From positions 4,160,001 through 4,224,000 of the forward strand of contig OZ250150.1 of the NCBI GenBank assembly GCA_965237675.1: DNA of 64,000 bases, given 5' to 3'. The position numbers and the translations under genes are program-made. The stretch comes from Candidatus Latescibacterota bacterium. Lineage in GTDB: Bacteria; Latescibacterota; UBA2968; GCA-2709665. Of this stretch, positions 40,439-50,769 are shown piece after piece (position 1 is the first letter of the stretch; the number at the start of each line of letters is the position of its first letter). Under the pieces are notes generated by a model. The model saw only the letters and a list, made by a program, of their open reading frames with translations. It was not told where the DNA came from and ran no database searches.

Positions 40439-41554
40439 TTAGATCGACATGATCTCTTGATAGACCTCAAGGGTCTTTCGCGCGCAATCCCGCCACGTGA
40501 AACGGGAGGCCTGACGCCGCCCCTTGACCGCAAGACGTTCCCGCAATGCCTCATCCCGTATCAATCGTATCATACCGTTGGCAATGGACCCGACATCCAG
40601 CGGGTTCACAAGGACGGCCGCATCACCGGCGATTTCCGACAGAGACGACGCATCCGACGTCAACACAGGACAACCGCTGGCCATCGCCTCGATCACAGGC
40701 AGCCCAAAACCCTCTGCGATAGATGGAAAAACGAAAAATGCGGCCTCGTCAAAGCAGGCCCGAACGTCGCCATCGCTCAGTTGCTCGGTAAATAGGACGT
40801 TTCGAGTGATCCCAAGGTTCCGGGCGAGTTCTGCCAGGGTGGCGTACCCATCGCCCCGACCGCTGATCAGCAGGTACAGGTCCGGACATTGTTTCGAGAC
40901 CACGCCGAAGGCCTCGATCAGCCGCCGGATATTCTTATATGGCTTTGTATTGCCCAGAGAGAAGATGAATCGCCGGCCGCGGCAGACTGCCGGAAGCGCA
41001 CCCGCAAGAATGTCTTCCCTGTACGACCCGTCACTTCCGTGATGAATCACCGTGTATTTCGAAGGCGATCCAGGAAATCGCGCGAGTGCGTCCTGCCGCG
41101 TCGTTTCTGAAACCGCAATCACATGATGGGCCATCTTCACGGACTTCCCGATCCATGGACCCGCGAAACGACGCGCCATCCATCCCCGCCAACGCGCTTC
41201 GTAGGCGATATCCGGAAAGTTGATCCAAATCAGATCATGGAGGGTGAGGACAATCCGCCTGGCGCGGACCCCGATCGGAAGAAGATGGAAGAGACAATGG
41301 TATATGTCGGCCCGGAGCGGATTCACAACCCCGGCGCCCCGGATGATATTCCAACCCGTTGAAATACCGTAAGGAACCGCGATATCCGTAAAATTCGGCT
41401 GAACCACCAGTGGACGCGGATAGGTGGCCCGCCGGAGCAACACGTAATCGTTGTGCCGATCCAGCCGCGCGATGGCGCTGACCAGACGGAACGCATACCT
41501 GCCCACGCCGGTTTCAACATTCCGGACCTCTCGCGCGTCGATACAGATCCTCAC
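40439..41554 (-). CDS. Glycosyltransferase family 4 (MtfB-like)
   Basis: TGVGRY, TLHDL, KPYKN, FPSIAEGFGLPVIEAMASGCP; GTG start after GAGGAG. Confidence 0.92.
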   Translation of the reverse strand: MRICIDAREVRNVETGVGRYAFRLVSAIARLDRHNDYVLLRRATYPRPLVVQPNFTDIAVPYGISTGWNIIRGAGVVNPLRADIYHCLFHLLPIGVRARRIVLTLHDLIWINFPDIAYEARWRGWMARRFAGPWIGKSVKMAHHVIAVSETTRQDALARFPGSPSKYTVIHHGSDGSYREDILAGALPAVCRGRRFIFSLGNTKPYKNIRRLIEAFGVVSKQCPDLYLLISGRGDGYATLAELARNLGITRNVLFTEQLSDGDVRACFDEAAFFVFPSIAEGFGLPVIEAMASGCPVLTSDASSLSEIAGDAAVLVNPLDVGSIANGMIRLIRDEALRERLAVKGRRQASRFTWRDCARKTLEVYQEIMSI

Positions 41555-41567
41555 CACGACTCCTCTC

Positions 41568-43088
41568 TCACGCAAAAATCCGTCTGATCCGGTAATAGAC
41601 CCGCAACCCGAATTGTTTTTCTTCGTCTTCAACGCCGAACAGGCAGAGAAATCCGCCATAGCACAGAAAAATCAGCAGGGCGTGGCTGAGTACATCCCAG
41701 ACGGGTGTCACCGAAGCAAAAGGGCCGCACACCTTCATCAATACGGCGGTCGCGCAGCCTGCAAGCAGTGGCTTTACAAGCTTGATTGAAAACGCGTGTA
41801 CTTTCAGCCGTCGAAATACCCACCAGGAGGAGAGTGCCTGCGAGAGAATTGCCGTGAATGCGGCGCCCATCGCCCCTCCCATCGGGCCGAACCGGCCAAC
41901 CAGAACAAATGTACCCAACCCGCTGATCAGCAGTGTGACGATCCGGACACCCAGCAGGGCATCCGGATGCCCGGTCATCACCAGAACGTAGCCTGACAAC
42001 CCCAGCAGGGCAGATGCGGTGGCGCCAACCAACAGAATCAACAACCAGGGATATCCGGCCGAGAATTCCGACCCCACAAATCCGGCGATTTGGCTCCCTT
42101 TGAAAGCGAATACGAGCAGAATGGGAATGGTCACCAGCATCACCCAGCGTGTCACAAGCTTGAAGAAATCGTCCAGACGCGAGATCTGTCCACGGGCGTG
42201 ATATTCGGCAAAGAAGGGGTTCGCAATCGGATCGAATGCACCGGAGACGGCGCGCACGATACCGGCCAGTTGGATCATCACGCCATATACGGCAATGGTT
42301 TCGGCCGTGATATACGATCCGACGATAACGACGTCCAATCGTCCGTTCAGGTCCGCGATCAGATCGATCAGGAACATCGAAAACGAAAAACGAAAAAGCT
42401 TTTTTTCAAATCCAACCCCTCGTTCAGACCACGTTCGCCACGGGAAGAACCTGAAAACCGGTACGATGGAACAACAGAACACAATGGCCATGGCGACCAG
42501 ATATGCCGCGCAAATCCCCGTCAGACCCATGCCGAGAAGGTAGAACAGGATCGCGAAGCCGATCAACAACGCGGGTTCGGCAAGCCCTTTGACGTATAGC
42601 TGATATTCCATAACCTTGTGCGCGATCGGAATCTGCAGCAACAACCCGCCCATGGTCTGGAAGAAGACGACGAACGCCATCCATCGCAGTGCGACATCCA
42701 CCCGCTCACGTCCGATTAAACCCCCCAGGGAATCGGAAAACAGAACACAGCCCAAGCTTACTGCGAGGCTTAAAACACCTCCTGCCAGAAGGGCTGTTCT
42801 GATGCATCCCAGAGCACGATTTTTTTCTTCCCGTGACTGATGGTAGGCCACGTGCCGGAGCAATGCCTTGTCAAGACCGAAAAACGCAAACCGGGAAAAC
42901 AGATTCACCCACGTCCACGCGAGATAATAGAGACCGTACGACGCAGGAGAATATAGACGTGCGGCAATGAGATAAAATGCCGGGCGACCCAGCTTCGAAA
43001 ATAGGGTCAGGAGATTGACACCCACGCCCCGGGAGAGCGTCGCAAGATCCACCGCGTTGCGCGTCTGTTCCTCGGTATTTTCAGCCAT
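41568..43088 (-). CDS. Polysaccharide flippase (Wzx/MOP family)
   Basis: About 14 TM segments, ARLYSPASYGLY, RLDVVIVG, RFGPMGGA. Confidence 0.85.
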   Translation of the reverse strand: MAENTEEQTRNAVDLATLSRGVGVNLLTLFSKLGRPAFYLIAARLYSPASYGLYYLAWTWVNLFSRFAFFGLDKALLRHVAYHQSREEKNRALGCIRTALLAGGVLSLAVSLGCVLFSDSLGGLIGRERVDVALRWMAFVVFFQTMGGLLLQIPIAHKVMEYQLYVKGLAEPALLIGFAILFYLLGMGLTGICAAYLVAMAIVFCCSIVPVFRFFPWRTWSERGVGFEKKLFRFSFSMFLIDLIADLNGRLDVVIVGSYITAETIAVYGVMIQLAGIVRAVSGAFDPIANPFFAEYHARGQISRLDDFFKLVTRWVMLVTIPILLVFAFKGSQIAGFVGSEFSAGYPWLLILLVGATASALLGLSGYVLVMTGHPDALLGVRIVTLLISGLGTFVLVGRFGPMGGAMGAAFTAILSQALSSWWVFRRLKVHAFSIKLVKPLLAGCATAVLMKVCGPFASVTPVWDVLSHALLIFLCYGGFLCLFGVEDEEKQFGLRVYYRIRRIFA

Positions 43089-43094
43089 TCCACC

Positions 43095-44000
43095 TCAAAA
43101 TCCGGCCCCGTTTTTCCGGGCGTTCCGATAGAGACAGACCGCCGTCCGGATTCCCCGCGCCAGGGCCTTCAGCTTCCGCGGCATGGTCCACCAGAAACCG
43201 AACGCGCACAAACGACCGCGAAGGACGAAAAATCGCACGAACAGATTGAGAAAGAAGTACGGGGCAAGCCGCTTGTCATAGTGTTTCAGCCAGAAATAGA
43301 ACTCATTGGTATAGGTCGTCGGATCGCCCGCCTGATCCGATACCCGGCAGCCCCCTGAAGGCGCTGCGTGGTGAAAAACCGCGGCTTCCGGCTCGAAAAC
43401 CATTCGGCCATTCCCGGCCTTGAGATATCGGAGACAGAAATCCGTATCCTCCCGAAGCGCGCTTCCCGCAAACTGTTCGTCGAAACCGCCACAGCGCTCC
43501 GCCTGCTCGCGGAGGAAAGAAAAATTCCCGCCCGGGCCGTGCGACACATTCCGCCGGACGGTTGCATGGAAATTCGAAATCACGCGACCATACCAGGTCA
43601 CCGAACCAACGCGCGTCGGTTCCGGGCGGCCGTGGCTCTGCACGTTCAAGATTCCACCTGCCACGGCGCTGACATCCACCGCTTCGTAGTTGCGCAAATG
43701 GCTCCGGATGAAGTCGCCCGGCAGATCAACATCGTCGTCAAGATAGAGAATGACCTCCCCGCGGGCTTTCCTCATGCCCAGGTTTCTTGCCCGCGTCAGG
43801 CTGGCCGTACTCGTATTCTTGTATCGGACTCGCGCGCGGACGGAAGTCAGATACGCCTGGACGTCCGGTGGGTGCTCTGTGGACTGGTCGATCACAATCA
43901 CTTCGAAAGACGGATACGTCTGCCGCAATACCTGCTGCAGTGTTCTGCGCAGAAATACCGAGCGGTTGTAGGTTGGAATTATAACCGATACGTGTTTCAT
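43095..44000 (-). CDS. Glycosyltransferase family 2
   Basis: VSVIIPTYNR, ARNLG, YLDDD, GGFDE, EDTDFCLR. Confidence 0.92.
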   Translation of the reverse strand: MKHVSVIIPTYNRSVFLRRTLQQVLRQTYPSFEVIVIDQSTEHPPDVQAYLTSVRARVRYKNTSTASLTRARNLGMRKARGEVILYLDDDVDLPGDFIRSHLRNYEAVDVSAVAGGILNVQSHGRPEPTRVGSVTWYGRVISNFHATVRRNVSHGPGGNFSFLREQAERCGGFDEQFAGSALREDTDFCLRYLKAGNGRMVFEPEAAVFHHAAPSGGCRVSDQAGDPTTYTNEFYFWLKHYDKRLAPYFFLNLFVRFFVLRGRLCAFGFWWTMPRKLKALARGIRTAVCLYRNARKNGAGF

Positions 44001-44271
44001 CCCGGTGGGGTTCCGATGGCGGGACCGCATTCGACGTTAACTTCCGTAGCTTCGTCGGTAAGGACACGGGAACAACAGGAAATCTGTTTCAGACGTACCG
44101 CGGCACTGCGGTGAATGCTCTATTGACCGGCAGCTGTTTTCGCCAGTTCAATGCCCGGTGTACTCATCGCGTGAAACGGCGACAACCAATATCGGAAGGG
44201 CTGCGGAAGACGGACGGGCCGGTGCGAAACACATCGGATCCGTCAACACCCATGCGCGCCGTGTCGCCAGA

Positions 44272-45333
44272 TTACAGACTTTCATTCTCTACTCGATCCA
44301 GCACCGGGAGTTCCGCCGACGGCGCATCCGAGGCGCAAAACGAGATTACCCGATCGTGGAGGGAAGCACCGTTCAACTCTCTGTAGTACGCAAAAAGGTA
44401 CTCGTTCATGTATCCAGCGTACTTGCCCCCGCGCTCCTCCGCCCACGCACAGATCTTCCTGTCCGGACCCTCCACACGGTACCACTCCCGGGCCAATTTA
44501 AGCACCCACGTATCCACGGGCACGGCATCAAGTCGTTCCAGTGCGAACAGATCTATACACTTTCCGACCTTCAGTCCGACGCCGGTTCCGGACTGCTTCT
44601 TCAATGCGTCCACGATTTTCCGCCAGTCATGAAGTGACAGCCGCGCCGGATCATCTCCTGTCCGCGCAGAAACAGACCGGGCCGTTTCAACCACGCGTTC
44701 GGACCGCCACCCAAATCGGTTAAACCTGAAATACGAACCGTCCAGCCGTGCCAACGCGGCGGGTTCGGGAAACGTACAGTACCTTCTGCCCATAAACTCA
44801 ACCTCGCGGCCCCACATTTCCGCCAGAAAATTGACACGCCGCTTCGTCAGATTCATATGCGCCTGCACCGACAAAACGTACGAAATCACACACTCGAACG
44901 GCATCTGGCGGACAAACCGAAATCCCTTCAAGAGTTTCCTTGCGCGGCGCAGGTATCCGTCTCCTCGAGGGACGCGAATTCGGGGCCATTCGTCCAATCT
45001 CAGGTACCAGACGAGAAATTCGGCAACCGGCATCTCACCCCGGTAGGTGGCAACGGTTGACGCCCCCGCGCGGTATATCAGTGTGTCGCCCACCTGACGC
45101 AGATGGAACACGGTTTCATAGGCAACGCCTTTCCACCATCCATCCACGTCGCGGCCCCACCGAAACACCTGTCCCCCGGCCAATGTATACCCCAGGTTGA
45201 ATTCCCTGGTTTCGATCTCGCCGGTAACAGGTCGGCAGCCGGACAGACGAGTTCTGCGCTGCGGCGCGATATCCCGCGCACGCTCGGCCACCCGTGGCCC
45301 CGGCCGTTGACACCTGATCGATAGTTTCCCCAT
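44272..45333 (-). CDS. 8-oxoguanine DNA glycosylase (OGG1-type HhH-GPD)
   Basis: NLGYTLAGGQVFRW, QMPFECVISY, FPEP, GVGLKV (catalytic K), VPVDTW (catalytic D), YAGY..EYLF. The track start TTG coincides with a -35 box. Confidence 0.85.
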   Translation of the reverse strand: MGKLSIRCQRPGPRVAERARDIAPQRRTRLSGCRPVTGEIETREFNLGYTLAGGQVFRWGRDVDGWWKGVAYETVFHLRQVGDTLIYRAGASTVATYRGEMPVAEFLVWYLRLDEWPRIRVPRGDGYLRRARKLLKGFRFVRQMPFECVISYVLSVQAHMNLTKRRVNFLAEMWGREVEFMGRRYCTFPEPAALARLDGSYFRFNRFGWRSERVVETARSVSARTGDDPARLSLHDWRKIVDALKKQSGTGVGLKVGKCIDLFALERLDAVPVDTWVLKLAREWYRVEGPDRKICAWAEERGGKYAGYMNEYLFAYYRELNGASLHDRVISFCASDAPSAELPVLDRVENESL

Positions 45334-45343
45334 TTCGCTTTCC

Positions 45344-45372
45344 ATTATAGGTATTTTGACCGGATGCGGCAA
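45344..45372 (-). promoter_or_regulatory. Sigma70 promoter for the OGG1-like gene
   Basis: Minus strand TTGCCG-N17-TATAAT, 10 nt upstream of ATG 45333. Confidence 0.6.
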
Positions 45373-45557
45373 GCGTCCAGTCTTCCCGGCAGGTTCCCAC
45401 GTGGGTCCGGTGCATTCCCGCGGTGAAGCAAAGAATCCGTACGACGGTTGTCAGGACTTGCGTATTCTCCAGGATACCTAAGCCGTCCCGCCCCGGTACA
45501 CGAGCCTGATTGAATGCGAGCAAGTCGCTCGAAAACGCTGCCGTGATTATATATACC

Positions 45558-45586
45558 TTGACTCAGTCGCGGTGTCGGGTTATGTT
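45558..45586 (+). promoter_or_regulatory. Putative sigma70 promoter for the ABC-DUF1854 operon
   Basis: TTGACT-N17-TATGTT. Confidence 0.55.
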
Positions 45587-45657
45587 AAGTAAGCAACTAC
45601 TTGCATGTTGCTTCAGCGTGCTGCCAGAGCGCCCGTTTTGTACGGACAGGATGCCGC

Positions 45658-48027
45658 GTGGACACCCCAAATCATCTCGCTCCCGAAGCACAAATCCGTG
45701 AGGAAATCCCCGAAACCATTCTCGCCTGGCTGACCGACCTTCTTGAGCCGGATGAGGAGATTCTCCTGTCCGTCTCGACCGATCTGCGGTTCGGTGGCGG
45801 CTACGGGCCGGCCTGGCTTGTGGCGACCGGACAACGTCTGATGGGTATCAGCCCCTCCGAGGCCGGGCCTCCGGAAACCGTCAGTATCCGCCTCGCGGAA
45901 ATTAACCGCGTGGAAGTCCGCGAACTCTTTGGCAGCGGTGTGCTCAAAGTGCGGACCTCGCGAAGGGGTGCCTCGCTCGCTTTCTTTACCAAATCCCTGC
46001 TTTCCAAGTTTTCCGAAGTTCCCTCGCAAATCGAACACCTGGTCAGGCAGGCCAGACCCGTCCCGGCCGATGCACAGATTGCCAACGCAGGCGTTGACGG
46101 GTTTACAGGGCGGAAGAAGCGGTGCGAACGGTGTCAGCAGGTCATCCCTCACTGGATGGGTGTCTGTCCAATGTGCATGGATACCCGCAAACTGTTCTTC
46201 CGCCTCCTGGGATATGCCTCATCCTATTGGCAACTGGCGGTCGGCAGCCTTCTTCTTCTCCTGACTGCTACGTTTATCGGCCTGACGCCACCGCTATTGA
46301 TGCGCACCCTCATCGATGACGTTCTGGTTACCGACACGGTTGAGTGGGCGCCGGGCAATGCATCGACACGTGACGACGCGCGCTCGACGGGAACGCAGGG
46401 CCAGGCGCGGGATCTTCCGCCGCCCTCCAAGGACGGCAAGGGCGGGTTACTCGCCCTACTCGTGCTGCTCCTTCTGCTGGTCAACATTTCCCGGAACGGG
46501 CTGAGCGCCGTGCGGACGTATCTGCTCGCAAGGCTCGGACAGCGGATCACGTTCGACCTCCGTAGAGAGGTGTACCGCCATCTGCACCATCTTTCCCTCA
46601 GCTTCTACAACGAACGGGAAACCGGGCGTATCATGGCGAGCATCACGCAGGACGTCAGCCGGCTTCAGGACTTCATCTCCGACGGTCTTCAGGAAGTCAT
46701 CCGCGACGTTGCCACCATCGTAATTATCTGCATCATTCTATTTTCGCTAAACCCGGGTCTGGCGGTTTTTGTTCTGCTGCCCACGCCCCTTCTGATCTTT
46801 CTTACACGTTACTTCGGAAGCAAATTACACGACCTTTATCACGTGCTATGGCGCCGGTGGGCCGACATCAATGCCCTGCTGGCGGACACCATTCCGGGGG
46901 TGCGGGTCGTCAAAGCCTTTGCCCAGGAAAAGCGGGAAGTGACAAAATTCGAAAACCGGAGTTGGGGCCTGCTTACCGGCGAAATCCGTGTGGCACGTGT
47001 CCGGAGTACCTTTGCACCCATTATGACATTCCTCACCTCCTTGGGTACCCTCATCATCTGGTGGATGGGCGGCAACAAAGTCCTGAGCGGTAGCCTATCC
47101 ATTGGAGAATTCGTAGCTTTTACGGGATACATGTGGCAGTTCTACGGCCCGGTAGAGAGTCTGTGCCGCCTGAACCATCGTTTTCAGCGGGCGGCCACCT
47201 CGGCCGAGCGGATATTCGAAGTCCTGGACACTCAGTCCGATGTGGCCGACAGGCCGGGTGCAGTCTCAATGCCGCGAATTTCAGGTCGGGTTGAGTTTTC
47301 CGGCGTCACATTCGCTTACGAACCCGGTAAACCCGTCCTTCGAAACCTGAACTTCAACGTCGAACCGGGTGAAATGATCGGGCTTGCCGGCCACAGCGGT
47401 GCAGGAAAGAGCACACTCATCAACCTCATCTGCAGGTTCTACGACATCCAGGAAGGCGTCATCCGTATTGACGGTCACGACATCAGGGAAGTCTCTCTGG
47501 AGTCCCTAAGGGCTCAGATCGGCGTGGTGCTTCAGGATCCTTTTCTGTTTACCGGATCCGTCGCCGAGAACATCGCCTACGGCAAACCTGACGCCGCGCT
47601 GGACGAAATCGTAGCCGCCGCCAAAGCGGCAAATGCCCACGATTTCATAATGGATTTTCCCGAAGGCTACGACACGCCCGTCGGCGAACGTGGGTTGCGC
47701 GTATCCGGCGGCGAACGGCAGCGCCTTTCCATTTCACGGGCGATTCTGAGAAACCCGCGTATCCTGATCCTGGACGAAGCAACGGCAAGTGTGGATACCG
47801 AAACCGAAGCTCAGATCCAGGATGCAATCGCGCGCCTGGTCAAAGGCCGCACAACCTTCGCAATTGCCCACCGGCTGTCGACGCTCAAGAACGCCACCCG
47901 TCTGCTGATCGTCGACAAAGGCGAATTGGCCGAAATGGGCACGCACGAAGACCTTATCGGACACAACGGAATCTATGCCCGGCTTTGCCGCATGCAAACC
48001 GAAATGTCCAAATTGCGCGCCTGGTAA
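45658..48027 (+). CDS. ABC half-transporter with N-terminal PH-like domain and Cys4 ribbon (third paralog)
   Basis: AWLVATGQRL, CERC-x10-CPMC, TMD, GHSGAGKS, VSGGERQR, ILDEAT; start codon uncertain. Confidence 0.92.
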   Translation: MDTPNHLAPEAQIREEIPETILAWLTDLLEPDEEILLSVSTDLRFGGGYGPAWLVATGQRLMGISPSEAGPPETVSIRLAEINRVEVRELFGSGVLKVRTSRRGASLAFFTKSLLSKFSEVPSQIEHLVRQARPVPADAQIANAGVDGFTGRKKRCERCQQVIPHWMGVCPMCMDTRKLFFRLLGYASSYWQLAVGSLLLLLTATFIGLTPPLLMRTLIDDVLVTDTVEWAPGNASTRDDARSTGTQGQARDLPPPSKDGKGGLLALLVLLLLLVNISRNGLSAVRTYLLARLGQRITFDLRREVYRHLHHLSLSFYNERETGRIMASITQDVSRLQDFISDGLQEVIRDVATIVIICIILFSLNPGLAVFVLLPTPLLIFLTRYFGSKLHDLYHVLWRRWADINALLADTIPGVRVVKAFAQEKREVTKFENRSWGLLTGEIRVARVRSTFAPIMTFLTSLGTLIIWWMGGNKVLSGSLSIGEFVAFTGYMWQFYGPVESLCRLNHRFQRAATSAERIFEVLDTQSDVADRPGAVSMPRISGRVEFSGVTFAYEPGKPVLRNLNFNVEPGEMIGLAGHSGAGKSTLINLICRFYDIQEGVIRIDGHDIREVSLESLRAQIGVVLQDPFLFTGSVAENIAYGKPDAALDEIVAAAKAANAHDFIMDFPEGYDTPVGERGLRVSGGERQRLSISRAILRNPRILILDEATASVDTETEAQIQDAIARLVKGRTTFAIAHRLSTLKNATRLLIVDKGELAEMGTHEDLIGHNGIYARLCRMQTEMSKLRAW

Positions 48028-48069
48028 CCGGATGCACGTCCAGGCGAATCTCAGAATGTAGCAATCATT

Positions 48070-48576
48070 ATGCAGCAAGAGTACCATCTCACGCAAGAAC
48101 TAACGCTTTTGGATCCCGATCGGACCCGCATCTACCGGGATGAATTCACGGATTTGATCCTGGATTACGAGGGCGAACAACAACCGGTTACGGCACATCG
48201 TGCGTTTCCGCTCACGGCCACCGGTCAGTTCATTGTCCTCAAAAGCGTCGAAGGCGTGGAAATCGGCGCTATCCGGGACATCGCCCGCCTGAATAAAGAT
48301 AGCCGTAACATCCTGGAGGCCGACCTGGAACGCTCGTACTTCGCGCCGGTGATCCTTCAGATCAACCATCTTGAAGAGAACTTCCACATTCCGAAATGGG
48401 ACGTGGAAACCGATCATGGCCACCGGATATTCGAAGTCCGCAGCCGAAGGCGCGACATTCGCATCATGTCGGATGCCCGCATTCTGCTCAAAGACGCGGA
48501 CGGAAACCGGTATGAGATTCCCGACTACAGAATGCTGGATCCCGTCAGCCGCGCCTTTGTCGAGACGTTGATCTGA
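48070..48576 (+). CDS. DUF1854 family protein
   Basis: HRAFPLT, DLERSYF, WDVETDHG, LKDADGNRY. Confidence 0.87.
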   Translation: MQQEYHLTQELTLLDPDRTRIYRDEFTDLILDYEGEQQPVTAHRAFPLTATGQFIVLKSVEGVEIGAIRDIARLNKDSRNILEADLERSYFAPVILQINHLEENFHIPKWDVETDHGHRIFEVRSRRRDIRIMSDARILLKDADGNRYEIPDYRMLDPVSRAFVETLI

Positions 48577-48632
48577 TCGCCAGCTGCCCACCCGGAAGGA
48601 TCCACCGCAATCTACCATTTGTTCAATACCCT

Positions 48633-48661
48633 TTGCCATCCTTGACATCTAATCGTATATT
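48633..48661 (+). promoter_or_regulatory. Putative sigma70 promoter for the Rieske protein gene
   Basis: TTGCCA-N17-TATATT. Confidence 0.5.
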
Positions 48662-48709
48662 GCCTCCAAATACACGGAACCTTCGGTCCGAAACTCAGGA
48701 GACGCCTCA

Positions 48710-50560
48710 ATGAACCCGACAGTGCACGCTTCGACACCCGCCTCGCTCGACGGCGAATTGATACCGCAGGCGCCCGGGGAAGAAATCGATGTACGCAGCC
48801 TCATCTATCATCAGCTCTGCCGAGCTGACGAATTCCATGAAGGCGAAGGCAAACCCTTTACCGTCAACGGATCCCATATCGCCGTTTTTCTGGACAACGG
48901 CGAGTTTCAGGCCGTGGACAATCGCTGTCCTCATATGGGATATCCCATGTCCAAAGGCAGCGTCCGCGACGGCGTGTTGATATGCCACTGGCATCACTGG
49001 GAGTTCGACCTGAAAACCGGCGGCTGTTTCGAAACGTCCGGTTCGGGAAACGATCTGAAGAGCTTTCCCGTGGAGGTGAGAGAAGACGGATACCTCTACA
49101 TCGGCATGGCGGCTGACGAACGACAAGCCGCCCGTCAGAGAATGATCGACCGCGGACGGTATATCCTGGAACAGGGGTTGAAAGACCGGAGTTCCCTCAT
49201 TATAGCCAAGGGCGTGACCGCCCTGCGTCACGCGGAGGCATCGCCGCAGGAAATTATCCAGCAGGGCCTTTTCTACGGCTCGTACAAAACCACCGACGGC
49301 TTCTCGTCGGGTCTGGCCATCCTGACGCTCTGCGCGAACCTCTGGCACGACATCGCCGACCGCGACCACAATCTGTTCCTCGTCCACGGCCTTACACAAG
49401 TTTCCCGGCGCACCACAGGCGGCTCTCGCAGGCAGGGCTTTCCGTTCCCGAAAGCGACAGAGGAACCGGACCTGGACACCTACAAACGCTGGTTCAGGCG
49501 TCTCGTCGAACAACGGAACAGCAATGCGTCCCAGCGTATACTCATCACCCTGAACAACCGCGGCTTCTCCAAAGAGGCCGTTGCCGACGTGGTTTTCACT
49601 GCCGCCACGGACTTCTATTTCACAGGCGATGGCCATGCGCTGGACTTTGCAAACAAGCTCTTTGAAGCCCTGGACTTCGTGGACTGGCAGGGGGCAAGCG
49701 AAATCCTGCGCCCTATCGTCATCGACCTCATCACCCGCACCCGCCACGAGGAGACCGCCCGCTGGCAGGACAGCGTGCCGGTCCTGGAAGATATTTTCAC
49801 GCGCCTGGATGACATCTGGCGGGAAAACCAGAGAAACGAAGCACCTCTGGACACCTCGGCGTTCACCCGGATACTCCTGGGTGAAGAGATTGAACCCATA
49901 GTCTCAAGTATCGAAGACCTTCTGCGAAAGGGCGTCGATCCCACCCTCATCTGCCGATCCATGGTCTACGCCAGCGCCATCCGGACCACCCGCTTCCATC
50001 TGAAAAACGAGGGCGACTGGCACGACGTGGCCAACATCTACTCCTACGCTCATGCCCTCTACAGCGCTTTTCACCGTGCACCGTCGAGGGACCTGCTTCG
50101 GGGCATTTTCCATGGCGCGGTATACCTCACCTATCTGCGCTGGCTCAATATGCCTGCGGCCCGGGTACCGAGATCAGGCCAGCGTCTGAGCGACGCCTTC
50201 GACTCCGAAGACCAGATGCTCGCCCGGCTTCAGGAATTCGCGGATTTCCAGAAAGTCTACGAAGCGGAAATGCTCGTAAATCAGTACCTGGAGGAAGGCC
50301 GCGACATTTCTCGCCTTAAACACACCCTTGCCCACATCATGCTGCGTGAAGACGCTGAACTACATATGTTCCAGGTGCTTGAAGTGGCCTTCCGTCACTT
50401 CGAGCTCACGGATGACCCGGATGAGAAACGCATGCATCTCCTGGCGGCTACCCGATACATTACCGCCCAGAAGGTGATGAAGGCCATTCTCTGGTCTACC
50501 GAAAACGCGGAACGGCTCCAGCGGGGCGACCTGTTGAGCGAACGGGAAGACGACAATTAG
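48710..50560 (+). CDS. Rieske [2Fe-2S] ferredoxin domain fused to a large helical domain of unknown function
   Basis: DNRCPHMG and CHWHHWEFDLKTG Rieske boxes; about 480-aa helical C-terminal part. Confidence 0.85.
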   Translation: MNPTVHASTPASLDGELIPQAPGEEIDVRSLIYHQLCRADEFHEGEGKPFTVNGSHIAVFLDNGEFQAVDNRCPHMGYPMSKGSVRDGVLICHWHHWEFDLKTGGCFETSGSGNDLKSFPVEVREDGYLYIGMAADERQAARQRMIDRGRYILEQGLKDRSSLIIAKGVTALRHAEASPQEIIQQGLFYGSYKTTDGFSSGLAILTLCANLWHDIADRDHNLFLVHGLTQVSRRTTGGSRRQGFPFPKATEEPDLDTYKRWFRRLVEQRNSNASQRILITLNNRGFSKEAVADVVFTAATDFYFTGDGHALDFANKLFEALDFVDWQGASEILRPIVIDLITRTRHEETARWQDSVPVLEDIFTRLDDIWRENQRNEAPLDTSAFTRILLGEEIEPIVSSIEDLLRKGVDPTLICRSMVYASAIRTTRFHLKNEGDWHDVANIYSYAHALYSAFHRAPSRDLLRGIFHGAVYLTYLRWLNMPAARVPRSGQRLSDAFDSEDQMLARLQEFADFQKVYEAEMLVNQYLEEGRDISRLKHTLAHIMLREDAELHMFQVLEVAFRHFELTDDPDEKRMHLLAATRYITAQKVMKAILWSTENAERLQRGDLLSEREDDN

Positions 50561-50769
50561 AAGATTGTCCAACGGGCACAGAGGGTCAGACGTCGAGTTG
50601 CGCCCGTCGGAACGGCCTCAAGGCCTGCCGTGTACTACGATAAATCAAGAACTGCGCGCAGGATTCCATTCCCATGCATTTTGGTGACCGGTGGATTTGG
50701 CAACGGATTCCAGATTCACACGTTTGACACCCCCGTCCGGGTGTTCTCATCCAAGGGAGTCGCTGCTCA

